A stretch of DNA of 64,000 nucleotides from Clostridiaceae bacterium (GTDB taxonomy: Bacteria > Bacillota > Clostridia > Oscillospirales > Acutalibacteraceae), in contig JAEDEQ010000002.1 in the NCBI GenBank assembly GCA_016293225.1, positions 766 to 64,765 on the forward strand. Direction: 5' to 3'. This document shows, piece after piece, positions 56,656 through 64,000 of this stretch. Below the pieces are notes generated by a model. That model had not been told where the DNA came from and searched no databases. It worked only from the letters and a program-made list of their open reading frames with translations. Each line of letters opens with the position of its first letter. Position 1 is the first letter of the stretch. Both the position numbers and the translations under genes were made by a program.

Positions 56656-59331
56656 ATGGCAAATTCAAAAACCACCAAAACTAAAAAAACTTCCGCAGCA
56701 AAAAAGAAGAATCCACGCAAGAAAAAGAACTCAAAAAAGCGGAACCTCAGCTTTTATGAAAGCCACCGTTCTGCAATAATGTTTGTTTATCTTATCGTTT
56801 CGCTGCTTCTTATGACTGTTGCGTTTATTCCCGGCCGCAATGTATGGGCTTCTATAAGAGGCTTTTTCTTCGGCTTTTTCGGGCTCGGATTTTATCTGTT
56901 TGACATTTTTCTTCTTGTCATCGGAGTTCGTGTTGCGCTCAATTCGCTCAGACGTTCATGTATATTGACCACCGTCTGCGCTTTTCTGGCGTCCGGAATG
57001 TTCAGTGCCGTTGTTCATCTGACCGTAAACTCAATCTCTGCCGGAGGAAAGGAAGAATTTATCAGTCAGCTTGTCAAAGCTTATGAGCTGGGCATGGGCT
57101 TTAACGAGGGCTTTGTTGTTACCGGAGGTGTTCTCGGCGCTGTTTTCGGCGGCGGAATGCTGCACCTTCTCGGTAAGGCTGCCGCCTTTGTTTTTTCAGT
57201 ATTGCTGCTTGCCGTTTTCCTTTTCTTCTTTCTCAACATCAGCTTTTCCTCTTTAAGCGACTGTGTTTCAAACGCAATCAACGGCTCAAAGGAAAAGCTT
57301 GACGAAAGCAATGAGCTGAGGAAAGCAAGGCGGCTTGAAAGGCAGGAGCTGCGCGAGCAGGAAAGGCTTGAGGCCGAAGCGCAGCTTGAAAAAGAAAGAC
57401 TTGCCGAAAACGACGCTTTTGATTTTTCAAAAACACAGATAGAGCTTGACGACAATATGTCCGTCAGACGTAAAAAGCGTTCTGCGCGTCCGTATAATCC
57501 GCAGGAAAGGCTTTTTACTTTCTCCGAGGACGATGCCGCCGCAATGAAAAAAGAAAAAGCCGAGCGCGAGGAGCTTGTTGATACCGAAGACATTGAACCG
57601 ATATCGGAAAAGAATCCCGATATCAATGAGGCTATTGAAGCGGCGGCAGGACTGAAAGCAGAGGAAAACGAGCTTCCGGACGGTTATGAAGAGGTTGTTG
57701 ACGCGGACGAAGCCGACCTTGACGCCGAGGCGCAGAGCATTGTCAATGCCGCCATTACCAAAGCGGATAAAAACGCAAGGAAAAACATTGAAGAGGTTAA
57801 GAACTATACAGACGAAAGCAGACCTAAGAAGGAATACTGCCTGCCGCCTATCGACTGCCTGAAGGAGCCGGATTTCAGCAGAGCCGGGGACTATGCGGCC
57901 GAAATGAAAACAACAGCCAAAAAGCTTGTTGATACGCTCAAAAGCTTTGGGGTAGAAACCAATCTTATCGGCGTCAGCCGCGGCCCGTCGGTAACAAGAT
58001 ATGAGCTTCAGCCCGCTCCGGGCGTGAAGATCAACCGAATCACCAATCTTGCCGATGACATTGCGCTGAATCTTGCTTCCGCCGGCGTAAGAATTGAAGC
58101 CCCGATTCCGAACAAATCAGCCGTAGGTATTGAAATTCCGAATCAGCACAAGTCAATGGTTACACTGCGCGAGATCATCTCCTCGGCAGAGTTCCAAAAC
58201 GCAAAAAGCAAGCTGAATGTTGCTCTCGGAAAGGACATCACCGGCAACGCAACCTGCACCGACATTGCAAAAATGCCGCATCTTCTGATTGCAGGAACAA
58301 CAGGCTCCGGAAAATCTGTCTGCCTCAACTGCATGATAGTAAGCATTCTCTATGAAGCCAAGCCGTCCGAGGTCAAGCTTCTCATGATTGACCCGAAGCA
58401 GGTTGAATTTTCAATCTACAACGGAATACCGCACCTGCTGGTTCCGGTTATTTCCGATGTCAGGAAAGCCGCCGGTTCGCTCGCGTGGGCAGTCAGCGAG
58501 ATGGAAAACCGCTACAAAGCCTTTTCAGCCTGCGGCGTCCGTGATATAAAGGGCTTCAACAAATATGTTCTTGATCACCCCGAACAGCAGTTTATGCCGC
58601 AAATTGTAATTTTCATTGATGAGCTCAACGACCTTATGATGGTTTCGCCAAAAGAGGTTGAAGATTCAATCTGCCGCCTTGCGCAAAAGGCGCGTGCCGC
58701 CGGTATGCACCTTGTTGTTGCAACCCAGCGCCCGTCTGTCGATGTTATCACGGGTATTATCAAGGCGAACATTCCCAGCAGACTTTCGCTTTTTGTATCC
58801 TCTCAGGTCGATTCAAGAACAATCCTTGACACCGTCGGCGCAGAAAAGCTTTTGGGTAACGGCGATATGCTCTTTAATCCCGTCGGAATGTCTAAGCCCG
58901 TTCGAATCCAGGGCGCTTTCCTTTCCGATGAGGAGATTGAAAATGTTGTCTCGTTCATCAAGGAACAGGAAGAAGTTGAATATGACAGCGAAGTTATGGA
59001 CGAAATTGCGCGCAACGCCGCTGCGGACAACAAGAAAAAGTCTGCGCAGGCGTCTGCAGGCGATGAAGTCGGCGATGCAGACGGAATGGTGGCTGCCGCC
59101 ATTGATGTTGTTGTTGAGTGCCAGGCAGCTTCAACAACTCTGCTTCAGCGCAAGCTCCGTCTCGGATACGCAAGAGCGGCCCGTATTATGGACGAGCTTG
59201 AGCAGCGCGGTGTTGTCGGCCCCTCGGAGGGCAGCAAACCCCGTAAGGTGCTTATGACTCAGCTTCAGCTTGCGGAAATTAAGGCTTCAAGAGATATCGG
59301 ACAGGATGACTACGATGTTTTGTCCGATTAG
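56656..59331 (+). CDS. ftsK: DNA translocase FtsK/SpoIIIE
   Basis: N-terminal TM helices, a long charged linker, Walker A GTTGSGKS, and a C-terminal gamma winged helix ([21 protein letters not shown]). Confidence 0.95.
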   Translation: MANSKTTKTKKTSAAKKKNPRKKKNSKKRNLSFYESHRSAIMFVYLIVSLLLMTVAFIPGRNVWASIRGFFFGFFGLGFYLFDIFLLVIGVRVALNSLRRSCILTTVCAFLASGMFSAVVHLTVNSISAGGKEEFISQLVKAYELGMGFNEGFVVTGGVLGAVFGGGMLHLLGKAAAFVFSVLLLAVFLFFFLNISFSSLSDCVSNAINGSKEKLDESNELRKARRLERQELREQERLEAEAQLEKERLAENDAFDFSKTQIELDDNMSVRRKKRSARPYNPQERLFTFSEDDAAAMKKEKAEREELVDTEDIEPISEKNPDINEAIEAAAGLKAEENELPDGYEEVVDADEADLDAEAQSIVNAAITKADKNARKNIEEVKNYTDESRPKKEYCLPPIDCLKEPDFSRAGDYAAEMKTTAKKLVDTLKSFGVETNLIGVSRGPSVTRYELQPAPGVKINRITNLADDIALNLASAGVRIEAPIPNKSAVGIEIPNQHKSMVTLREIISSAEFQNAKSKLNVALGKDITGNATCTDIAKMPHLLIAGTTGSGKSVCLNCMIVSILYEAKPSEVKLLMIDPKQVEFSIYNGIPHLLVPVISDVRKAAGSLAWAVSEMENRYKAFSACGVRDIKGFNKYVLDHPEQQFMPQIVIFIDELNDLMMVSPKEVEDSICRLAQKARAAGMHLVVATQRPSVDVITGIIKANIPSRLSLFVSSQVDSRTILDTVGAEKLLGNGDMLFNPVGMSKPVRIQGAFLSDEEIENVVSFIKEQEEVEYDSEVMDEIARNAAADNKKKSAQASAGDEVGDADGMVAAAIDVVVECQAASTTLLQRKLRLGYARAARIMDELEQRGVVGPSEGSKPRKVLMTQLQLAEIKASRDIGQDDYDVLSD

Positions 59332-59340
59332 TGAGGAACA

Positions 59341-61212
59341 ATGAACAGATTTTTACCTATAAACTATGACGATATGAAGAAGCGCGGATGGGATGAGGTT
59401 GATTTCGTCTATGTTTGCGGCGACGCTTATGTTGACCATCCCAGCTTTGGCGCGTCAATTATTACAAGAGTTCTTGAATCGCACGGATTCAGAATCGGCT
59501 TCCTTGCTCAGCCCGATTGGCAGAGCAAGGAGGCTTTTATGCGCTTTTCAAGGCCGAAATACGGCTTTCTTGTTTCCTCCGGAAACATTGATTCAATGGT
59601 TGCACATTACACCGTTGCCAAGAAAAGGCGCAGCACGGACGCTTATTCGCCCGGAGGAAAAGCCGGACTTCGGCCGGACAGAGCCGTTATTGTCTACTGC
59701 AACAGAATAAGAGAGGCCTATGGCGATATACCGATAATTATCGGCGGTCTTGAGGCCTCGCTTCGCCGCTTTGCTCATTATGACTACTGGGATAACAAAA
59801 TAAGGCGGTCAATTCTTTTTGATTCTCAGGCGAACCTTCTCATATACGGCATGGGTGAAAATCAGATTACGGAAATTGCCGAAAGGCTGAGGAACGGCGA
59901 GCCGGTTTCTTCAATCCGCGATGTGCGCGGAACGTGCTATGCCTGCGATACAACCGAAACACCGCTTTACGGAGCAGAATGTCCCTCGTTTGAAAATGTT
60001 TGCGTAAGCAAGAGGGAATACGCCGTTGCCTGCCGCATTCAGCAGGACGAACAGGATCATATCAGAGGAAAGCTAATAAAGCAAAAGCACGGCAAAAGAA
60101 TGCTTGTTCAGAATCCGCCGATGCCGCCGCTGACAACAGAGGAGCTTGACCGTGTTTACGCCCTGCCGTATGTCAGAACCTATCACCCGAGCTATGAAAA
60201 GGACGGCGGCGTTCCGGGGATTGAAGAAGTCCGCTTTTCAATCGCACATAACAGGGGCTGCTTCGGAGCGTGCAATTTTTGCTCCATTGCTTTTCATCAG
60301 GGGCGTTTTGTAACGTGCAGAAGCCATGAATCCGTGATTGACGAGGCAAAAAAGCTGACCGAGCTTCCCGACTTCAAGGGCTATATTCACGACATCGGAG
60401 GGCCGACCGCAAACTTCCGCCTTCCCTCGTGCGAAAAGCAGCTGAAAGCAGGTCTTTGCAAAGGAAAAAAATGTCTTGCACCGAAGCCGTGTCCGGCCCT
60501 TGTTGCCGATCACAGCGACTATCTTTCCCTTTTGCGGAAGGTCAGAAAGCTTCCGAAGGTCAAGAAGGTTTTTATCCGCTCGGGCATCAGATATGACTAT
60601 ATGCTGAAAGATGAGAGCGATGAATTTTTCAGGGAGCTTGTGCGTTATCATGTCAGCGGACAGCTTAAAGTTGCCCCCGAGCACTGCTCAGCCGCGGTTC
60701 TTGATAAAATGGGAAAGCCGCATATCGAAGCGTATATCGAGTTTTCAAAGAAATATTTCGAGCTTTCAGAAAGCAATAACAAGAAGCAGTACCTTGTACC
60801 GTATCTTATGTCGTCGCACCCGGGTTCAACGCTTGACGACGCGATTGAGCTTGCTTTGTTTTTGAAAAAACGCTCAATCCGTCCGGAGCAGGTTCAGGAT
60901 TTTTATCCCACTCCGGGAACAATTTCAACCTGTATGTTCTATACGGGGCTTGATCCCTACACAATGAAAGAGGTCTATGTTGCAAAACTGCCTCAGGAAA
61001 AGGAGATGCAGCGCGCTCTGCTTCAGTATTACGACCCGTCAAAGCGGGAAATAATTGAAAAGGCACTGAAAAAGGCCGGCAGGCTTGACCTTATCGGAAA
61101 CGGCGAAAAGTGCCTGATTAAACCGTTTTCCGGCGGACGTTACAGCTCAAATCAAACTTCTCACAAGCAAAATTACGGAGGATACAATGGCAAAAACAGG
61201 AAGAAGAGGTAA
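59341..61212 (+). CDS. ygiQ: YgiQ family radical SAM protein (UPF0313)
   Basis: N-terminus [34 protein letters not shown] and radical SAM cluster motif CFGACNFC. Confidence 0.9.
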   Translation: MNRFLPINYDDMKKRGWDEVDFVYVCGDAYVDHPSFGASIITRVLESHGFRIGFLAQPDWQSKEAFMRFSRPKYGFLVSSGNIDSMVAHYTVAKKRRSTDAYSPGGKAGLRPDRAVIVYCNRIREAYGDIPIIIGGLEASLRRFAHYDYWDNKIRRSILFDSQANLLIYGMGENQITEIAERLRNGEPVSSIRDVRGTCYACDTTETPLYGAECPSFENVCVSKREYAVACRIQQDEQDHIRGKLIKQKHGKRMLVQNPPMPPLTTEELDRVYALPYVRTYHPSYEKDGGVPGIEEVRFSIAHNRGCFGACNFCSIAFHQGRFVTCRSHESVIDEAKKLTELPDFKGYIHDIGGPTANFRLPSCEKQLKAGLCKGKKCLAPKPCPALVADHSDYLSLLRKVRKLPKVKKVFIRSGIRYDYMLKDESDEFFRELVRYHVSGQLKVAPEHCSAAVLDKMGKPHIEAYIEFSKKYFELSESNNKKQYLVPYLMSSHPGSTLDDAIELALFLKKRSIRPEQVQDFYPTPGTISTCMFYTGLDPYTMKEVYVAKLPQEKEMQRALLQYYDPSKREIIEKALKKAGRLDLIGNGEKCLIKPFSGGRYSSNQTSHKQNYGGYNGKNRKKR

Positions 61213-62089
61213 GCGGAAATCTTTTTTTGCGTCGCTTGCTTTTATAGTTGCGATAATTGCGGTAATACTCGGCAGGTTCAACAAAAGCTTTGATTCTGTA
61301 AACAACGCCGCAGTAAACACAAGCAATGTGCCCGGCGTACATTTTATTGATGTCGGTCAGGGCTCGAGCGTCCTTTTGCAATCGGGAAAAACAGGCGTTC
61401 TCATTGACGCCGGCGAAAAGGAATACGGAGAAACGGTTGTGCGCTATCTTAAATCCTGCGGCATTGAAAAGCTTGAGTATGTTATTGCAACGCATCCGCA
61501 CACCGACCATATCGGCGGTCTTGCGGCGGTTCTGAAAAGCTTTGAAGTCGGCAGTATAATTATGCCGAAGCTGACCGCCGCAAACACTCCGACAACAAAA
61601 ACCTATCAGAATCTTCTTGAAACGGTTGCTTCAAAGAATATCAGGGCGCTTGCCGCAAAGCCCGGAAACAAATATTCTGCTGGAAAAATCAGCTTTGAAA
61701 TTCTCGGCCCGACAGTGCAGACGAATGATCTTAATAATATGTCCGTCATCTGCAAGGCCGATGTTAATTCAACCTCTTTCCTTTTGCTCGGCGATGCCGA
61801 AAAGCCGGAAATAAAAAGCATCATGACGCGTTCGCCCGATCTTGGCTGCGATGTTATTCTCATGGGTCACCACGGCAGCAGGTCTTCTCTTGATAACGAT
61901 TTGCTTTCCGCGGCTTCGCCGAATCTTGCCGTCATCTCCTGCGGACAGGGCAATTCCTACGGTCATCCGCACGAAGAGGTTATAAAATATCTTCAAAAGA
62001 ACAATGTTGAGTATTACCGCACGGATAAGTCGGGAAACATTGCAGTGCTTTGTCCTGACGGCGGCTACAGCGTCAAAACGCAGAATTAA
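61187..62089 (+). CDS. ComEC-related metallo-beta-lactamase fold hydrolase (membrane-anchored)
   Basis: N-terminal TM helix, [15 protein letters not shown] and GHHGS. GGAGGA RBS. There is a 26-nt overlap with ygiQ. Confidence 0.85.
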   Translation: MAKTGRRGKRKSFFASLAFIVAIIAVILGRFNKSFDSVNNAAVNTSNVPGVHFIDVGQGSSVLLQSGKTGVLIDAGEKEYGETVVRYLKSCGIEKLEYVIATHPHTDHIGGLAAVLKSFEVGSIIMPKLTAANTPTTKTYQNLLETVASKNIRALAAKPGNKYSAGKISFEILGPTVQTNDLNNMSVICKADVNSTSFLLLGDAEKPEIKSIMTRSPDLGCDVILMGHHGSRSSLDNDLLSAASPNLAVISCGQGNSYGHPHEEVIKYLQKNNVEYYRTDKSGNIAVLCPDGGYSVKTQN

Positions 62090-62100
62090 CGGAGGTAAGC

Positions 62101-62322
62101 ATGGAATATCTGAGCGTTGACAGAATTGAAAACGGTAAAGCCGTCTGCGAAAGGGAAGATATGTCGGTTGTTGAGCTTGCTTTTTCCTCCCTGCCGCAAG
62201 GCACAAAAGAGGGGAGTGTGCTGAAAGTTGAAAACGGTATATATTCCCTTGACGAAAGCGAAGAAAAGCGGCGCAGAAAGCGCATAATTGAGCTTCAGAA
62301 TATGCTATTTTCCGATGATTGA
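62101..62322 (+). CDS. DUF3006 family protein
   Basis: A 73-aa protein (SVDRIENGKAVCEREDMSVVEL) of a type typically paired with ComEC-like MBL genes. Confidence 0.7.
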   Translation: MEYLSVDRIENGKAVCEREDMSVVELAFSSLPQGTKEGSVLKVENGIYSLDESEEKRRRKRIIELQNMLFSDD

Positions 62323-62337
62323 TTGTGAGGTTTAACT

Positions 62338-63714
62338 ATGGAATACAGAATTGAGCATGACTCAATGGGAGAGATTAAAGTTCCGGCGGACAAGCTTTGG
62401 GGCGCCCAGACCGAGCGCAGCTTTGAAAATTTTCGCATCGGTACGGGTATTGAAACCATGCCGCGCGAAATTACTCATGCGTTCGGAATATTGAAAAAAG
62501 CCGCCGCGCTTGCAAATGCCTCGCTTTGTCCCGATAAGATGACGGACGAAAAGCTTGAAGCCGTTTGCAAGGCCTGCGACGAAGTTATTTCCGGCAGTCT
62601 CAACGAGCACTTTCCGCTTGTTGTCTGGCAGACCGGCTCCGGCACTCAGTCAAACATGAACGCAAACGAGGTTATTGCAAACAGGGCAAACAGCATTGCC
62701 GGAAAAAAACTCTGCCATCCGAACGACGATATAAACATGAGCCAATCCTCAAACGACACCTTTCCGACAGCGATGAATATTTCCGCTGTTCTTGCGGTTG
62801 AAGAAAAGCTCATTCCCGCTCTTGAAGCTCTTGTTTCAACTTTCAAAAAGCTTGAAATTGAAAACGAGGGCGTTGTAAAATCCGGCCGCACCCATTTGCA
62901 GGACGCTGTTCCGATTTCTTTTTCGCAGGAAATATCGGGCTGGCGCGCAAGCTTGGAAAAAGACGCCGAGCTTTTGAGACAGGCTACTTCTTCGCTCTAT
63001 CCGCTCGCTTTGGGCGGCACGGCTGTCGGCACGGGGCTCAACGCTCCGAAAGGCTTTGACACTCTTGTTGCCGAAAACGTTGCAAAGCTCACGGGGAAGC
63101 CCTTTGTCAGCGCGGAAAACAAGTTTCACGCGCTTTCCTCAAAAGGCGAGTTTGTTTTTGCTCACGGCGCCGTTAAGGCAACTGCCTGCGACATGATGAA
63201 GATTGCAAACGATGTCCGCTGGCTGGCCTCCGGTCCGCGCTGCGGTCTCGGCGAAATCAGTATACCGGCAAACGAACCCGGCTCGTCAATTATGCCGGGC
63301 AAGGTCAATCCTACACAGTGCGAGGCAGTAACAATGGTTGCCGTTCAGGTTATGGGTAACGACGCTGCCATAACCGTTGCCGCGTCGCAGGGCAATTTTG
63401 AGCTGAATGTTTTCATGCCTGTTGCAGCCTATAATTTTTTGCAGTCGGTACGGCTGCTTGCGGACGCAATAGTTTCCTTTAACAAAAACTGTGCCTGCGG
63501 GATTAAGGCTGAGCGAGAAAAAATGCATTCAAATCTTCATAATTCGCTTATGCTCGTAACGGCGCTCAACCCGTATATCGGATATGAAAACGCTGCAAAA
63601 ACCGCTAAAAAAGCCTATAATGAAAATATCTCGCTAAAAGAAGCCTGCGTAAGTCTCGGCTTCCTCAGCGAGGAAAAATTCGATGAAGTTTTTCACCCGG
63701 AACAGATGGTATAA
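62338..63714 (+). CDS. fumC: class II fumarate hydratase
   Basis: GSSIMPGKVNP signature and the N-terminus EHDSMGEIKVPADKLWGAQT. Confidence 0.96.
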   Translation: MEYRIEHDSMGEIKVPADKLWGAQTERSFENFRIGTGIETMPREITHAFGILKKAAALANASLCPDKMTDEKLEAVCKACDEVISGSLNEHFPLVVWQTGSGTQSNMNANEVIANRANSIAGKKLCHPNDDINMSQSSNDTFPTAMNISAVLAVEEKLIPALEALVSTFKKLEIENEGVVKSGRTHLQDAVPISFSQEISGWRASLEKDAELLRQATSSLYPLALGGTAVGTGLNAPKGFDTLVAENVAKLTGKPFVSAENKFHALSSKGEFVFAHGAVKATACDMMKIANDVRWLASGPRCGLGEISIPANEPGSSIMPGKVNPTQCEAVTMVAVQVMGNDAAITVAASQGNFELNVFMPVAAYNFLQSVRLLADAIVSFNKNCACGIKAEREKMHSNLHNSLMLVTALNPYIGYENAAKTAKKAYNENISLKEACVSLGFLSEEKFDEVFHPEQMV

Positions 63715-63715
63715 T

Positions 63716-63753
63716 AAAAACAGCGGCGTTCCCGGTGAACAAAGCCGCTGTTT
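63716..63753. terminator. bidirectional terminator shared by fumC (+) and tRNA-Leu (-)
   Basis: CAGCGGC pairs with GCCGCTG (with an inner GTTC/GAAC helix), flanked by AAAAA on the left and TTT on the right. Confidence 0.65.
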
Positions 63754-63754
63754 C

Positions 63755-63838
63755 TGGTGCGGGTAACAGGGGTCGAACCTGCACGCCGAGGGCACAAGAT
63801 CCTAAATCTTGCGTGTCTGCCAATTCCACCATACCCGC
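63755..63838 (-). tRNA. tRNA-Leu (anticodon UAG), CCA encoded
   Basis: The reverse complement folds as a cloverleaf: acceptor GCGGGTA/TACCCGC, anticodon arm CAAGA-TTTAGGA-TCTTG, a long variable arm, a T-loop TTCGACC, and a 3' ACCA. Confidence 0.9.
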
Positions 63839-63851
63839 ATATATTACCGTG

Positions 63852-63880
63852 ATTATACAATAATTTGCCCCTCTTGTCAA
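63852..63880 (-). promoter_or_regulatory. consensus sigma-A promoter driving tRNA-Leu
   Basis: The minus strand reads TTGACA, a 17-nt spacer, then TATAAT, ending about 14 nt upstream of the mature tRNA 5' end. Confidence 0.7.
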
Positions 63881-63951
63881 GAAACGGCCGTTTTGGCCTG
63901 TAGGAATTCATTTTTTCCGCGGCGCTGCATAGTAATTTACGGGTGATGACT

Positions 63952-64000
63952 ATGAAAAAGCATTTTTATAAGATAATCAGCGCAAAGCAGTTCATTTTTA
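63952..64000 (+). CDS. 5' end of an unidentified ORF running off the window
   Basis: ATG at 63952 is followed by 16 open codons (MKKHFYKIISAKQFIF). The RBS is weak and too little sequence is present to identify it. Confidence 0.25.
   Translation, partial: MKKHFYKIISAKQFIF

Noticed and set aside
1-64000. A search for mobile elements, CRISPR arrays, prophage, toxin-antitoxin, restriction-modification or other defence modules
   Set aside because: I found no transposase, integrase or recombinase motifs, no terminal inverted repeats, no spaced direct repeats and no obvious compositional islands. The only long repeat is the intragenic pntB duplication.

Overview
This 64-kb window looks like an ordinary core-genome segment from a mid-GC Gram-positive bacterium. 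Gene content points to a spore-forming member of the Clostridia: spoVM, ytfI/ytfJ, remA, stp-prkC with PASTA domains, gdpP-rplI-dnaB and tilS-hpt-ftsH, plus many TTG/GTG starts and 1-8 nt gene overlaps. This taxonomic call is an inference. I call about 60 protein genes, one tRNA-Leu(UAG), several near-consensus sigma-A promoters and several intrinsic terminators. All but two genes (rnhA and the tRNA) are on the + strand. Functions are mostly housekeeping: SRP/ribosome, priA-def-fmt-rsmB-rlmN, a second type IIA topoisomerase, RNase J, FtsH, FtsK and fumarase. I found no CRISPR array, transposase, integrase, prophage or recognisable defence, toxin or biosynthetic cluster, so I do not claim a novel multi-gene system. 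The strongest anomaly is in the transhydrogenase operon. pntB encodes two tandem, amino-acid-identical copies of the NADP(H)-binding dIII domain (473 nt, 552-nt period, 7 differences, all synonymous). A canonical terminator hairpin also sits between pntAA and pntAB. Other items worth a second look are a palindrome-rich ~200-nt leader ahead of a UppP/BacA-like membrane protein whose catalytic motifs look degenerate, a 79-aa protein that is little more than a signal peptide plus a sortase sorting signal, and two small ORFs missing from the ORF track (a 28-aa SpoVM and a 49-aa membrane peptide). All homology calls come from motif recognition by eye, and no database search was run.
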